From Octopus vulgaris (lineage: Eukaryota): a stretch of 64,000 bases of DNA. Positions 13,493 through 28,448 of this stretch are shown here, in pieces. The stretch is taken from positions 8,122,001 through 8,186,000 of the forward strand of contig OX597829.1 of NCBI GenBank assembly GCA_951406725.2, written 5' to 3'. The notes below the pieces were generated by a model. It was not told the DNA's origin, searched no databases, and saw nothing but the letters and a program-made list of their open reading frames with translations. How positions within the stretch are numbered: position 1 is the stretch's first letter; each line of letters opens with the position of its first letter. Made by a program: the position numbers and the translations under genes.

Positions 13493-14817
13493 TTTTGTAA
13501 CTAAGTATCGCAAGGTATTTTGCCCGATCCGTACCAATCCAGTTAATCCATTAATTTTTTATAAAATGCGTATAAGTAAAGACTAATCGAAACTTCATTG
13601 CAAACACAAGCAAGAATTACGTATAACTAACAATACTTAACATATGGGATTAATTACATAAAACTTATAGACCGAGGAAGTAGAAACAAGCGCAGAAGAG
13701 GCGCAATTATTTCGTTTCCTACATAAACTTTCAATGATAAGAAACCATATTACAAATGCAATTCAGCGAGCGCTTATTTAAGACTTAAATATCAGGACGA
13801 GCTCTTAGTTTTCCATTACTAATTTATTTAAATCGCATCATTAGTACATTATGGGAATATAAAATCAATCCTAGTACTTGAATGGTATTTTCTTGTAATG
13901 ACATCAGAAAAATATAAGGCTAGTATGACCTTTCTGGCATTCAGATTCAAAACGCAATGAGCTGTGACTAGGAACCACAAGCATTTTATCCGATGTTCAG
14001 ACGATTCAAAATGTGCATACATACCCACATAAATATTATGCATAAATACACATATATATATGCGCATGAATTGATGAACTTTTTTGTTTACAAACAAACA
14101 AAAATAAACTCAATTTATGAAACAGAATGTATATATTTTATTAGAAATAGTAGTTTCTGAGATCATAACCGTTTCCGAGTGTTCAATCAGGTGAAAAGGA
14201 AAAGTCCAATATTAGATATAATCGACAACATGTAAACATGTATTTAACAGCGCATCGGAGTTACAGTTTGAAATGTTGTCCTTTGGGGTATTGAATAGAT
14301 ACAACTGCTATACATTTCTTTCAGAAGTAACTGCAAAAATTTATGAATTCAAAACTTTGCTCAAAATTGCTAAGCTACATTCAAATGTTAAAATTCTCTA
14401 AGAAGTAAAGATCGCACTTTTTGAACAATGGAAGACGCGTGTTTTACAGCAGATCAATCACCTTCGTTATTATGAATATTGTTATCATTTAGACTCTCCT
14501 TATGTTTGAGTTGTGAAGCATCACTGTGATTTTGTATCTGAATGTATGTGCGTACACACACATACACACACACACACAAGCGCGCACACAGGCATACACA
14601 TACACATACACACACACAAACGCAACGCGTACACACGCGGAACTTTTAATCGTGCATTACTATAACTCTTTAAAAAGTGGTGTCTTAAATGAAAGCACAC
14701 ATCACACACAGCAGATCACCAATATTCAGGAACGCAACAGTAGGAAATGAATAAAAAAATAGATGGTTGAGCTAAAAAGTTTGGTTAAACATTGCCTAAA
14801 ATATATATAATTATGTA

Positions 14818-14923
<106 letters not shown>

Positions 14924-15254
14924 CACACACACATACACACACAGAGCCACACATATATCTATTATATATTACGTTTATTTATTTGTTTTGATGTTCTGGA
15001 ATCGTGTGTTGAAACAGATATCGCTATATTTCGGGAGGGTCATATTTTGCCAATTAAACACACGCATTATATGTTTGGTCTTCACTTCAGCTTTATTATA
15101 ATATTTTTTTTTCTTGGTCAAAGCTCTTTCGTCACACATCATGTGACCCCTTCACCGATTCTCTATTCCTCGTGTCTCCTCTTGTTTTGTTTATTTTCCA
15201 AAATGTTCATAAAATGTGTGACTAAAGAGTTTCAACAAAGAGCCTAAAATAATG

Positions 15255-15318
<64 letters not shown>

Positions 15319-15333
15319 CAATAATAATAATAA

Positions 15334-15847
15334 GTACCAGGCAGGGGCTCTCATGGCTTCTGATCTTAACTGATTGGAAGTGTTATCCTGTACATTGTAT
15401 TAAAGATGGGCTACAGCAAATATTCTGCTAAATACCACAGATTTGCTTGTCAGTTGTTTGACCTTAATCAGTTGAGCATGACCCTTGGTGGCTGACGATA
15501 TGTGCATCTCTGATCACGAGCTGAAGCCGTGTGTTGAGAGGGATTCTTTGGGGTTTGAATAATTCACCCCTGGAAACATGAGTGTTTCGTTCAGCATCCC
15601 TAAACAACCCTTATTCAGGAACCTTTTGAGCGGGATGGGTTACTCGACCAGAAGAAAATTCAAACTGGGCCCCACCTGCAAGGTCATGTGCTGTTTATCT
15701 TGATATGAGATCACCATGTCGCGCACATATGGTTGTGATGCATGTGCCTAGTGTACCCTTATCAGACAGGTAGTCATGATGGGTTATACTGGTCTTCATA
15801 TATTTTACCCCAGTGTCACTTTGATGGCATGCACTGCTCTCTCACTC
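15334..15847 (+). mobile_element. About 515-bp interspersed element embedded in a (TAA)n array
   Basis: Non-repetitive, GC-richer block with sharp boundaries, flanked on both sides by (AAT)n; no ORF in the body. Confidence 0.5.
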
Positions 15848-15952
<105 letters not shown>

Positions 15953-15985
15953 AATAATAATAATAACAACAACAACAACAACAAC

Positions 15986-16020
<35 letters not shown>

Positions 16021-16043
16021 CAATAATAATAATAATAATAATG

Positions 16044-16078
<35 letters not shown>

Positions 16079-16885
16079 GCTGAAATAAAGACGAAATATA
16101 TAGTGCGTATATTTAATTGTCAAAATGTGACCATCCCTAAACTACAACAATATATATTGCGCGCACACACACATCTCTAAAGTGGCTAGACAAGCCTCAG
16201 TATTTTGTGTATTTTGTGCGGAGACTATTTGGTGCTTGAAACTTGTTATTGTCTTATTACTTTTCTTTTCCGATTACAGTTTATTAATTACTTTTAACAA
16301 CTATCCATGCCGCGAACACCAGAAGCAAAAGACTTTTCAGATATCCAAGGAGAGCGTATTACAGGTCAATCCAGAGTAAGATTGCACAAAGGGTAAGAAT
16401 GCTCTTGACACAGTCAACAGAGTGATTGCACAATCCATTAGCAAAACAACGGAATCAAATACATTCCATTCGCGTCGACCTGGACTCTCTGACGAAGATA
16501 GCTGTTCAATATCCCGTTGTGTAACCTTGGCAGAAATTCCACAGGCGACAATATTTCAACTGATTTGCTCGAAGTCCAAACGGTTCAAATAATTGAAAAC
16601 TTTAAAAAGGCATGTCTACGAAACACTAGATTAAGTATTTAAATGCATCGAATGGCATTATTTTCTTTCTGGTTATAAATCTTTCAAAAATAATGTCTTT
16701 ACTTTTTTGTGTGTGTATGTATGTATGTATGTATGTATGTATGTATGTATGTATGTATGTATGTATGTATGTATGTACGTACGTATGTATGTACGTATGT
16801 ATGTATGTATGGTCGTACATATGTATGTTTGTATGTATGTATATTTGTGTGTGGTTGTATATATATATAAATATATTTATATATA

Positions 16886-17050
16886 GGCGTAGGCATGGCT
16901 GTGTGGTAAGAAGCTTGCTTCCCAGCCACATAGTATCGGGTTCAGTCCCACTGCGTGGCACCTTGGGCAAATGTCTTCTCCTATAGCCTCGGGCCGATCA
17001 AAGCCTTGTGAGTGAGTTTCGTAGATGGAAACTGAAAGAACCTTGTTGTG

Positions 17051-17055
<5 letters not shown>
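16886..17055 (+). mobile_element. tRNA-derived SINE 5' half
   Basis: GGCGTAGGCATGGCTGTGTGGTAAGAAGCTTGCTTCCC...GGGTTCAGTCCCACTGCGTGGCACCTTGGGCAAATGTCTTCT. Confidence 0.85.
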
Positions 17056-17127
<72 letters not shown>

Positions 17128-17130
17128 TTA

Positions 17131-17166
<36 letters not shown>

Positions 17167-17179
17167 TGTATGTGTGTAG

Positions 17180-17210
<31 letters not shown>

Positions 17211-17390
17211 TGTATGTATGTATGCATGCATGTATGTATGTATGTATGTGTGTATGTATGTATGTATGTATGTTTGTATGTGCGTATGTATGTATGTATG
17301 TATGTATGTATGGTCGTACATATGTATGTTTGTATGTATGTATATTTGTGTGTTACACACAAATATATATATTTATATATATATATATAT

Positions 17391-17549
17391 GTATTCTACT
17401 AACGATATATGTTTTAATTATTTTTTTTGCAATTTACTTAATCATTGATATTTTATTGTTATTCTAATTTTAATATTTCTTTTATATGTAATTTTCTAGA
17501 TGGTGTAATTTAATTGTTCATTTTGAATTGATAAAAGGTAGTTTTTTCA

Positions 17550-17558
<9 letters not shown>
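17391..17558 (+). mobile_element. Solo copy of the post-cleavage 3' segment of the HHR element at 24380-25140
   Basis: Aligns with 24971-25135 (TTTTTTGCAATTTACTTAATCAT...TTTTCTAGATGGTGTAATTTAATTGTTCATTTTGAATTGATAAAAGGT); inserted in (TA)n. Confidence 0.8.
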
Positions 17559-17593
<35 letters not shown>

Positions 17594-17766
17594 GCATACA
17601 TACATACATTCACATACATACAAACAAACAAACATACATACATACATACATACGTACATATATACATACATACATATATACATCTATCCATCCATCCATC
17701 CATCCATCCATCCATCCATCCATACATACATACATACATACATACATACATACATACATACATACA

Positions 17767-17799
<33 letters not shown>

Positions 17800-18157
17800 T
17801 TCTTTATTAAGCCACGAAAGGCTGAACACGGACGGGACAATACAATGTAGAATTTTTCTTTTTAAAACCGATCAATAGGGACTGAAAACGTCTTGGGGCG
17901 TGTACACAAAGGATAACAAATGTCATTTTAACAATTCTCCAAAGAGGGAGAAAGTAAAACACTGTTTGGGTTATCCGTGGAAAGAAACATCTACGAAAAA
18001 ATCCACTGTAATCTCGGAAAAAGACATGGAAGCAAAGCGCCCTTTGTCTTTTTATTTTATAGGTTCTTACTCATAGTGGGTCCGTCATTTATGCGTACCA
18101 TCCTTGCTACATTCACCCACTATTTATCGAATATATATATATATACATATATACATG

Positions 18158-18259
<102 letters not shown>

Positions 18260-18329
18260 TCTATCTATATATATGTATATTATATATATATATATATGTG
18301 CATATATATATGTGTATATTTTATATAAT

Positions 18330-19284
<955 letters not shown>

Positions 19285-19322
19285 GAAAGAAGGTTTGAAA
19301 ATGCAATTTAAAAGATGTTTAT

Positions 19323-19367
19323 TTACTTAATCGGTTTCACTCTTTGGAAAAAGATTGTCAAAAGTAA
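19323..19367 (-). ncRNA. Decayed hammerhead in the inverted pLTR of the PLE
   Basis: Minus strand TTACTT-TTGACAA-TCTTT(ttcc)AAAGAGT-GAAACCGATT-AAGTAA; 6-bp stem I intact, core mutated. Confidence 0.55.
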
Positions 19368-20196
19368 CATAGAATATTATGAATTCAAAAAAGTTTTTTA
19401 CATAATTGCCACATTACATGTATATATACAGTCTTTGGTAACAGGGACATGTTAAGGACATAAAGAAGTACAACAGTGTGATGAGAATATTGGAAAAAAT
19501 GGGCAGAAAAGAATAAAACAAATATATTATTGGAAGTTTGGTTGCGTTAATTATTGGTTGTTGCAAATTGCCACATTACATGTATATATACAGTCTTTGG
19601 TAAAAAGGACATGTTTATGGACATAAGAAAGTACAACAGTATGATGAGAATATTTGAAAAAATAGGCAGAAAAGATTAAAATAAATATATTATACATCTC
19701 AGGGTCAGTACAGAATATTATGAATTCAAGGCGAGCTTGTTTACTGATTTTGGGGTTAGGATGAGGTGAATATGTGTGTCTCTCTGCGTGTGTGTGAATA
19801 GATGTGTCTGTGTGTCTGTAGTATTTGGTCAGATGGCGTCTGTTTGTCAAGTGTGTGTGGTTGTCATGGTGTTGTGTGTGCGTGTGTGTGCGCGTGCGTG
19901 TGTGCGTGTGTGCGTGTGTGTGCGCGTGCGTGTGTGCGTGTGTGCGTGCGTGTGTACGCATGCATGAGTGTGGATGGCATTTGACATGGTGCTGCGTGTG
20001 TATATATGTGCCTGTATGGAGATGAGACTGGTGTGAGTGTGCGTGCCCCTATGTGCGTGCACACACACGTATACAAGCGTCTGCGTGTGTGTGGGGGCTG
20101 TTTTTGAATGGTTCCAGGGTGGCGAAAATAGATGTGTGTTGTTTAAAGAATTTTTTGGGGTAGGATGGTGTGTGTATATATGCGTGCCCGCCCGTG

Positions 20197-22092
20197 ACAA
20201 TCATGACGTCACAATAAAGAAAGCTGATAAGGGTAGTACGTTCGTTATTATGAATACTGAGCAGTATAAAAACTCTGTATCTCTCCTTTTAGAGGATACC
20301 ATATACTATGAAAGAGTAGTCGACTACCAGCAATCCAAAACAATGACCAAACTGAAGGCACTCATTTACCAACACCGGAATGACTTAACAACAAAGGAAT
20401 GCGACTACATTACAAACTTTAATTGCAAAACCAGCACACTTTATGGGCTTCCAAAAATACACAAGAGTCAAATTATCACAGAAGCTTGCAAAAAGTCCAC
20501 TTCAACCTGCATCACTATACCACATCCCACTGATCTCAAACTGAGACCAATAGTGGCAGGCCCAAGTTGTGAAACACACAGACTTAGCAACTTTATAGAT
20601 ATCATCCTAAAACCAATACTGAAACACATTCCAAGTATTGTAAGAGATGACCTGGACCTATTACATCAACTCCCCAATCATACCGATAAAGACACTTTCA
20701 TCGTTTCCTTTGATGTAATTAATCTTTACACCACAATCCCACATGAATATAGACTGGAAGTCATTAAATTCTGGCTGGATAAATATTCCAATGAGATCCC
20801 GGAAAGAATTAAAAAAGAATTCATCATTGAGGGCCTCAAATTTATTCTGCAAAACAACTTCATGTATTTCAATAACAACACTTACAGACAGGTTTCAGGA
20901 ACTGCAATGGGTACGAAAGTTGCACCTACCTATGCAAACCTGGTGATGGCCTACCTGGAATCACATATCTATGAAAAATCCAAATATAAGTACGGCCAGT
21001 CTTTCCACAAATACCTGTTGGAGAACTGGAAACGCTACTTAGATGATTGCTCTCATCCTATGGTCCCACACACTCGACCAACTTATAGACTTCAAAAACC
21101 TTATCAACAGTGTAAATAACAACATTCAATTCACAATGGAATATAGTCTGGACCAACTCCCTTTTCTTGACATTCTAATCATTAAAAAAGGCGTCAACAT
21201 TGAAACTGACATCCATTACAAACCCACTGACTCTAAACAATACCTTCTATTCACCTCCAATCACCCAAAACACACAAAGACAAATATCCCCTTCAACCTA
21301 GCGAGAATAATCTGCACTATTGTCTCAAATGACACAACACGAAATAGAAGACTCCGGGAACTAAGGGCAATTCTTCTCGAAAGACATTACCCGGCATCAC
21401 TAGTAGACAACGGAATAGAACGGGCCAAATCAATCAACACTCAAGACCTACGAAAACCTAAACACATCCACAGTACAGTAAATAGCCTCCCCTATCTCTC
21501 AATACACAACCCAAGGAATGCAGAAGCTTACACTATTATATACAACAACATTCCACAACTAAATCAAGACCCACGCCTGAAAAAATTACTGGCAGCTCAT
21601 AAAAAAATGAAAAGTAAGAGACAACCTAAATCCCTAAAAAACCTCCTCACCAACGCAAAATTACACAACACAAACCCACCGTCCACCATCAAAAAATGTG
21701 GTCGCCCTAACTGCAGGACTTGCATCCACCTCATTGAGGGATCGACGTACAAGTTCCGCTCGGGATACACATTCATCATAAAAAATAATTTCACGTGCGC
21801 ATCAAAAAATTTACTCTACGTCATAAGGTGTGAAGGTTGCCACGAAGACTACATAGGGCAGACGAACCTTACCCTCAGAGAAAGAATGACAGTTCACCGA
21901 CAAAAACTGAGGGACCCCTCCACAAGACAGATACCACTAAGTGGACACTTAGACCTTTCTGCACACAATAAGTCCCCCAAATCCTTAGTCTTCCCACTAT
22001 ACCAATGCTCGGACAACACCACAGACCAAACACGAATAAATAGGGAAAGTAATCTTATTCAAAAATACAGACCACAACTAAACATACTCTAA
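20197..22092 (+). pseudogene. PLE reverse transcriptase-GIY-YIG endonuclease ORF with one frameshift near 21050
   Basis: IKKADKG, YGLPKIHK, LRPIV, SFDVINLYT, GTAMGT, RYLDDC, LPFLDI, KPTD..QYL..S.HP, KCGRPNCRTC zinc-finger-like linker, NLLY..YIGQT..ER..H; ORF 20037-20196 is inverted-repeat read-through. Confidence 0.93.
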
Positions 22093-22308
22093 CATACCCC
22101 CTAGGCACACATCAAGAGCAAGCACACAGGGACACGCGCACACTCGCAGCATATCATGCAGGAGGACACATGCACGCATCGGCACACATAGGGCACACTA
22201 GCGGGCATTGACCACACACATACACGGCACGCACACGCATGCATTATATATATGTAGGTTATGTATGTGTGTGAGTGTTGTGTGGGTTGTCTGTGTGTGT
22301 GTGTGCGT

Positions 22309-22341
<33 letters not shown>

Positions 22342-23087
22342 GTGTGCATTGTGTGTGTATGTATTTATATGTGTATATGTTTTATATATGTGTATATATG
22401 TGTGTGTTGTGTGTGTGTATGCATTGTATGTGTGTATATGTGAGTACATTGTTTGTGTGTGTGTGTGGTATGTAGATATATATGTGTGTGTACGCTATAT
22501 GTATTTTGTGTGTGTGTGTGTGTGCATTATATATATATGTATGTGTATATGTGTGAATATATATATATATATATATATGTGTATATATATGTGCATTATT
22601 TGCATGTGCATTGTGTATATGTATATTATATGTATGTGTGTTGTATATGTATGTGTACATTATGTGTATATGTGTGTGTATGTGTGCATTGTATATATGT
22701 ATATTGTATGTGTGTTATATATGCATGAATACATGTATATACATTGCATGTCTATATATGTATGCATGGTGTATGTGAATGTTATGTGTATATATATGTT
22801 ATATGTATGCGTATGTGTATATGTATACATTTTATGTATGTATATTGTGTGTATATGTGGTATATTTATGTATGTGTATGTAAACACTATATATATGTAT
22901 ATATGTATATATGTATATGCATTGTCTATATATATATATTATATGTATGTATTGTGTATGTATGTTATATGTATATATTGTGTATGTGTATTATATATTA
23001 TATATATGCTGTGTATGTGTATTGTATGTATATATGTGCTAGGTGTATTTGTGTTGTATTTATATTATGTATGTATGTGTGCGTGTG

Positions 23088-23120
<33 letters not shown>

Positions 23121-23342
23121 GTGTGTGTGTGTGTTGTGTGTGTGTGTGTTATATGTGTGTATATTATATATAAATATATGTTATATTTGTGTGTTGTGTG
23201 TGTATATTATATGTGTGTGCGTTGTGTGTGTGTGTGTTCTGTATGTGTGTGTGTTGTGTGTGTGTGTGTGTTGTGTGTTTGTATATTATGTGTGTGTGTG
23301 TGTTGTGTGTGGGGGGCAGATATGTGTGTGTGTGTGTATGAT

Positions 23343-23384
<42 letters not shown>

Positions 23385-24379
23385 ATGTAGTGTGTGTGTA
23401 TGGCCCGCACACACGCGTAGACGCGCACGCGTACACACGCGTGCGCGCACGGGCGGGCACGCATATATACACACACCATCCTACCCCAAAAAATTCTTTA
23501 AACAACACACATCTATTTTCACCACCCTGGAACCATTCAAAAACAGCCACCCCACACGCAGACGCTTGTATACATGTGTGTGCACGCACACAGGGGCACG
23601 CACACTCACACCAGTCTCACCTCCATACAGGCACATATATACACACGCCATGTCAAATGCCATCCACACTCATGCATGCGTACACACGCACGCACACACG
23701 CACACACGCACGCGCACACACACGCACACACGCACACACGCACGCGCACACACACGCACACACAACACCATGACAACCACACACACTTGACAAACAGACG
23801 CCATCTGACCAAATACTACAGGCACACAGACACATCTATTCACACACACGCAGAGAGACACACATATTCACCTCATCCTAACCCCCAAATCATTGATGCT
23901 TGAAGGAAAGCCAAAAACAGAAAAAAACGGGTACATCTTTCTTAATTCTACATTTCTGCTAAAACGGACAGGTCAGTAAACAAGCTCGCCTTGAATTCAT
24001 AGTATTCTGTACTGACCCTGAGATGTATAATATATTTATTTTAATCTTTTCTGCCCATTTTTTCAAATATTCTCATCATACTGTTGTACTTTCTTATGTC
24101 CTTAACATGCCCTTGTTACCAAAGACTGTATATATACATGTAATGTGGCAATTTGCAACAACCAATAATTAACGCAACCAAACTTCCAATAATATATTTG
24201 TTTTATTCTTTTCTGCCCATTTTTTTCAAATATTCTCATCACACTGTTGTACTTCTTTATGTCCTTAACATGTCCCTGTTACCAAAGACTGTATGTATAC
24301 ATGTAATGTGGCAATTATGTAAAAAACTGTTTTGAATTCATAACTTTGTTATATATATATATATATATATATATATAAG

Positions 24380-25140
24380 TATATTTATATATACTTCTCA
24401 TTGGGTATATTAATTAGACGCTAAAACATTTACATTTAAAATCCAGATAGATTATTTTAATCTTTGAACTTCGTAACATAGTTTGTTTATCAATATTATT
24501 TGGATCTTGTATTATTTTGAGTTTGATCATTGTTGTTATTATTATGATTGTTATTGACTGTATTTGTAGTGGACTGCTGATTGTGATTGAAAATCTTCAT
24601 AGTGTATTGTTCATTGGTTCTAATATTTTTGCACCTTTCTTTAATTTATGGGGCTTAAATGTTTCTTACTTTCCATTTGCAAATAATTACAATATTAATG
24701 ACCTTTACTAGCATTGTGTATATTAATTAATTTTAAAGTATTGAATAATCTAAGTATTGTTTTTAGTGTTCACTTGAAGTATATCTAGTATCCTATATAT
24801 ATATATATGTATATATATATGTTTTAAAGTATACTTATTAATTAATTATTTTATTATTCTAGTTTATTTTCAACCTGATGAGTGGCTATATTTATATCGA
24901 AGTGATTTTACTACTACTATCAATTTTTTTACTATAATCATTTCTTAAATATAGCCACGAAACACCTGTCGTTATTCTACCAATTAAATACGTTTTTTTT
25001 TTTTTTGCAATTTACTTAATCATCTGTATTTTATTGTTATTTTAATTTTAATATTTCTATTATATTTAATTTTCTAGATGGTGTAATTTAATTGTTCATT
25101 TTGAATTGATAAAAGGTGTTTTTTCTAATTTATATATATA
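24380..25140 (+). mobile_element. AT-rich PLE 3'/pLTR-like element with hammerhead
   Basis: HHR at 24872-24973; 3' part duplicated at 17391-17558; bounded by (TA)n. Confidence 0.65.
24872..24973 (+). ncRNA. Type I hammerhead ribozyme with extended stem II
   Basis: AAC-CTGATGA-GTGGCTATATTTA...TAAATATAGCCAC-GAAACACCTGTC-GTT; 13-bp stem II plus GAAGTGATT/AATCATTTC extension. Confidence 0.88.
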
Positions 25141-25347
25141 TATATTGTGTGAAATTTGATTTAGTATTTCTAAATTGAATTTTTCCCTGTAATATTCCCT
25201 CAAATAATTATTATATATATGTATATATATTTATATATATGCATATACATATATATATATATGTATATTATATACATATACGTGTATATATATATATATA
25301 TATATTCATATATATATGTATATTATAAATATATGTATATACACTTT

Positions 25348-25401
<54 letters not shown>

Positions 25402-25417
25402 CTTTTTACATATATAA

Positions 25418-26160
25418 TGGCGGCTCCGTATCCACACTTTTGTCCTTATACGTAAGTATATTTTCTCTAACATTGGTACGACTCTTGATCTGTCACTTTC
25501 TCTCTCTCTCTCCTCCTCCCTTATTCCCCTTCTTTCTTTCTCTCTCTCTTCATCCGTCCCCCCTCCTACGCTTCTCTGCCTCTCATACCTTACACTCCCC
25601 TCGATCTGTCTCTTTCTTCTCCTCCCCTGTTCACCTTCTCTCTCTCCTCATCTGTCCCTTTCTACTGTTTTTTGTCCTTACGTGACCAGCTAGCCACTGC
25701 CGTGCGGCCTTTTCGCATCCAGCAGTCGTTGTAGCAACACGTTTTTGTTTGTCTCCCGTGGCCATAAGGCACAACTCTACAAGCCAGCCCCAAACTCAAC
25801 TCGTCCTGTCGAAAGACCCTTGTCCTACGTCCTGGTTTTGCTTTTATCCTTACCATTATTGTTTTTACGTTTTTGTATTCTTATTCGTGCTTTCCTTATT
25901 GTTTTCACGTATTTTTGTATTTTTATTCGTGTACATCGTCCGTTTTCCGTCCTTGTGTTGTATACATTCGAAGCTTTCTTCCAAGGGATCTAATGCGCTT
26001 GGCTTAGATTTCCCTTGAGGGTTACCCAGGTCGGAGCAATCTCAAGATTAATCAGCCGAAATTGCGAAGATGATCCGGTTCTTGACTGATGACTGTGGTT
26101 CTTGTGTCGTCTTCTAGGTGTTTCACGTTCTTGTCCCAGTTTGTATATATTTTTTACTTT
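25418..26160 (+). mobile_element. (TA)n-embedded interspersed repeat, family shared with 47772-48150
   Basis: Block ..TACATTCGAAGCTTTCTTCCAAGGGATCTAATGCGCTT..GAGCAATCTCAAGATTAATCAGCCGAAATTGCG..TTCTTGACTGA.. is near-identical in both copies. Confidence 0.7.
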
Positions 26161-26174
26161 ATATATATATATAT

Positions 26175-26370
26175 AACGGAAGGTTAACGAAAATAAACAA
26201 AAGACGAAGGCAGGTGGAGTACAAACAAATAATGTATTAGTATGGCGCTCAGGAATAGAAATAAAACAAGTCTTTTACGCTTCGAGCCTACGCTCTTCGA
26301 CAGAAAGATACACAGAAAAGAAACAAGGAGAGAAAGAAATTGCGTGTAGGGGCTAACGATCCAACATCGT
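26175..26370 (-). mobile_element. Short HHR-bearing element (variant core CTGTCGA at 26272-26307)
   Basis: Minus strand CTTT-CTGTCGA-A-GAGC(gtag)GCTC-GAAGCGTA-AAAG; homologous to 47325-47510, 49415-49520 and truncated 53010-53075. Confidence 0.65.
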
Positions 26371-26848
<478 letters not shown>

Positions 26849-26853
26849 GGAGC

Positions 26854-26884
<31 letters not shown>

Positions 26885-27231
26885 GGACGACACTCTTTTT
26901 CCTCCGCTCGTCGTCCAATAAAAATTCTGCGTTTGCAATACTTTTTTTCGTTCGGCGTCAACAGCCCTTCTTATCTTATTTTCCTTGTCCTGTCTTATAC
27001 TGTTTACAATTTGCCCTGTCGTTACTGTCCTGTTGTTACTATTTTTTACCCCCCTGCGAAAAGATCTCAGAATTTTAATTGATTTGCTTTTCGCAGGAAG
27101 GAAAGTTTTCTTGTCGAAGATACGTCACGTCCTTTTTGGTGTCCTGTACTCATATATGCGTGTATATGTACATGTAGAGGTAGGTACGTACATATATGTT
27201 TATATATATGCATATGTTTTATTTTATTTAT

Positions 27232-27272
<41 letters not shown>

Positions 27273-27663
27273 GCTTATATTAATTTAAAAGAAGAAAATG
27301 GAGATTGGGAAGTAAATAATTGTTTATTATCAACAGCTAATTGGTCATCTTTACTTACATCTGTTCCTATTAATACTCAATAAACATTAAATTTACATTT
27401 ATGCGACATGAGCATAATATCATCAGAGGGGAAAAGATGTACCTTTGTATGCTATATGTATGTTTGTGAATTCATTTTAGTAGAGTCTGCATAAAGGAAA
27501 CGAATAAAGGATACTAGAAAACTACATTGTATAGAAGGATCCAAATTCTGTGTAAATGAGACTGAAACTGTTTTACTGAAACTGAAAAAAATTTGATGTA
27601 CTTCCAAATCTCTCTATATGTGAAGCTGAAGTTGTCTGTGTATGGCAGGTTTGGTAGCCTTCA

Positions 27664-28000
27664 ACTAACACTATCTTCCCCGAGACCCTGCGGCGCAAGT
27701 TGACCAAAATTGAGAGTATGATAGAAGGCTTGCTCTTCCCTCCGTAGAAGAAAAAATTCAAATCGGACCATGTTAACACCAAAAATTATTTACATCAAAA
27801 AGGTGCTTTTTTTTTCTATGAAAATCCCTAATTTTTAACGATTTTTTTACTGCTGCGTCACCATTTTTCGGTGCATTTCAACCAGAAAAATGTTCACTTA
27901 AAGAGAATAACAAGCTACATAATACGAAAGTTTTACTTTTCAAAAATTCCAATTCTAAAGGGTCGAAACAAACCCGAGCAACGCTGGGCGATACTGCTAG
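27664..28000 (+). mobile_element. Non-autonomous Helitron-like element (3' end clear)
   Basis: Subterminal hairpin CCCGAGCAACGCTGGG about 12 nt before terminal CTAG followed by T; 5' boundary uncertain. Confidence 0.6.
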
Positions 28001-28032
28001 TACAAAATAGTTTTGTCGAGATTTTCCTTTCG

Positions 28033-28448
28033 TCTTTTACTTGTTTCAGTTATTAGACTGCAGCCATGCTGGGGTACCACTTTGAGGAATCTCTAATGAA
28101 TCGACCTCAGTACTAATTTTAAAAATCTGGTACTTATTTTATCGGTCCATTTTGCCGAACCGCTAGGTTACGGGACGAAAATACAACAACACCAGTTGTC
28201 AAACGGTGGAAGGGGACAAACACAGACACAAAGATATACATACAAACAAACAAACACACACACACACATATAAATATATATATATATACGACAGGCTTCT
28301 TTCAATTTCGGTCACCCAAATTCACTCACAAGGCTTTGGTTGGCACGAGGCTATAGTAGAAGACACTTGCCCAGAGTGCCACGCAGTGGGACTGAACCCA
28401 GAACCATTTGGTTGGGAAACAAGCTTCTTACCACACAGCCACACCTGT
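28033..28448 (-). mobile_element. Full-length tRNA-derived SINE (family of 16886/4755)
   Basis: Head GTGGCTGTGTGGTAAGAAGCTTG..GGGTTCAGTCCC, internal (TG)n, tail CAGCATGGCTGCAGTC..GAAACAAGTAAAAG. Confidence 0.85.

Noticed and set aside
16489-16515. CTGACGA-A-GATA..TATC hairpin
   Set aside because: Not followed by GAAA or a stem III/cleavage triplet
16800-17355. Duplicated GGTCGTACATATGTATGTTTG.. segment flanking a SINE as a TSD
   Set aside because: Embedded in (TATG)n and not flush with SINE ends; more simply a local slippage duplication
20037-20196. N-terminal 53 aa of the 360-aa RT ORF
   Set aside because: Derived from the inverted pLTR copy fused by chance in frame; not a true PLE N-terminus
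27385-27430. Minus strand CTGATGA plus TTATGC/GCATAA hairpin
   Set aside because: GAAA box and stems I/III not recognisable; too decayed to call
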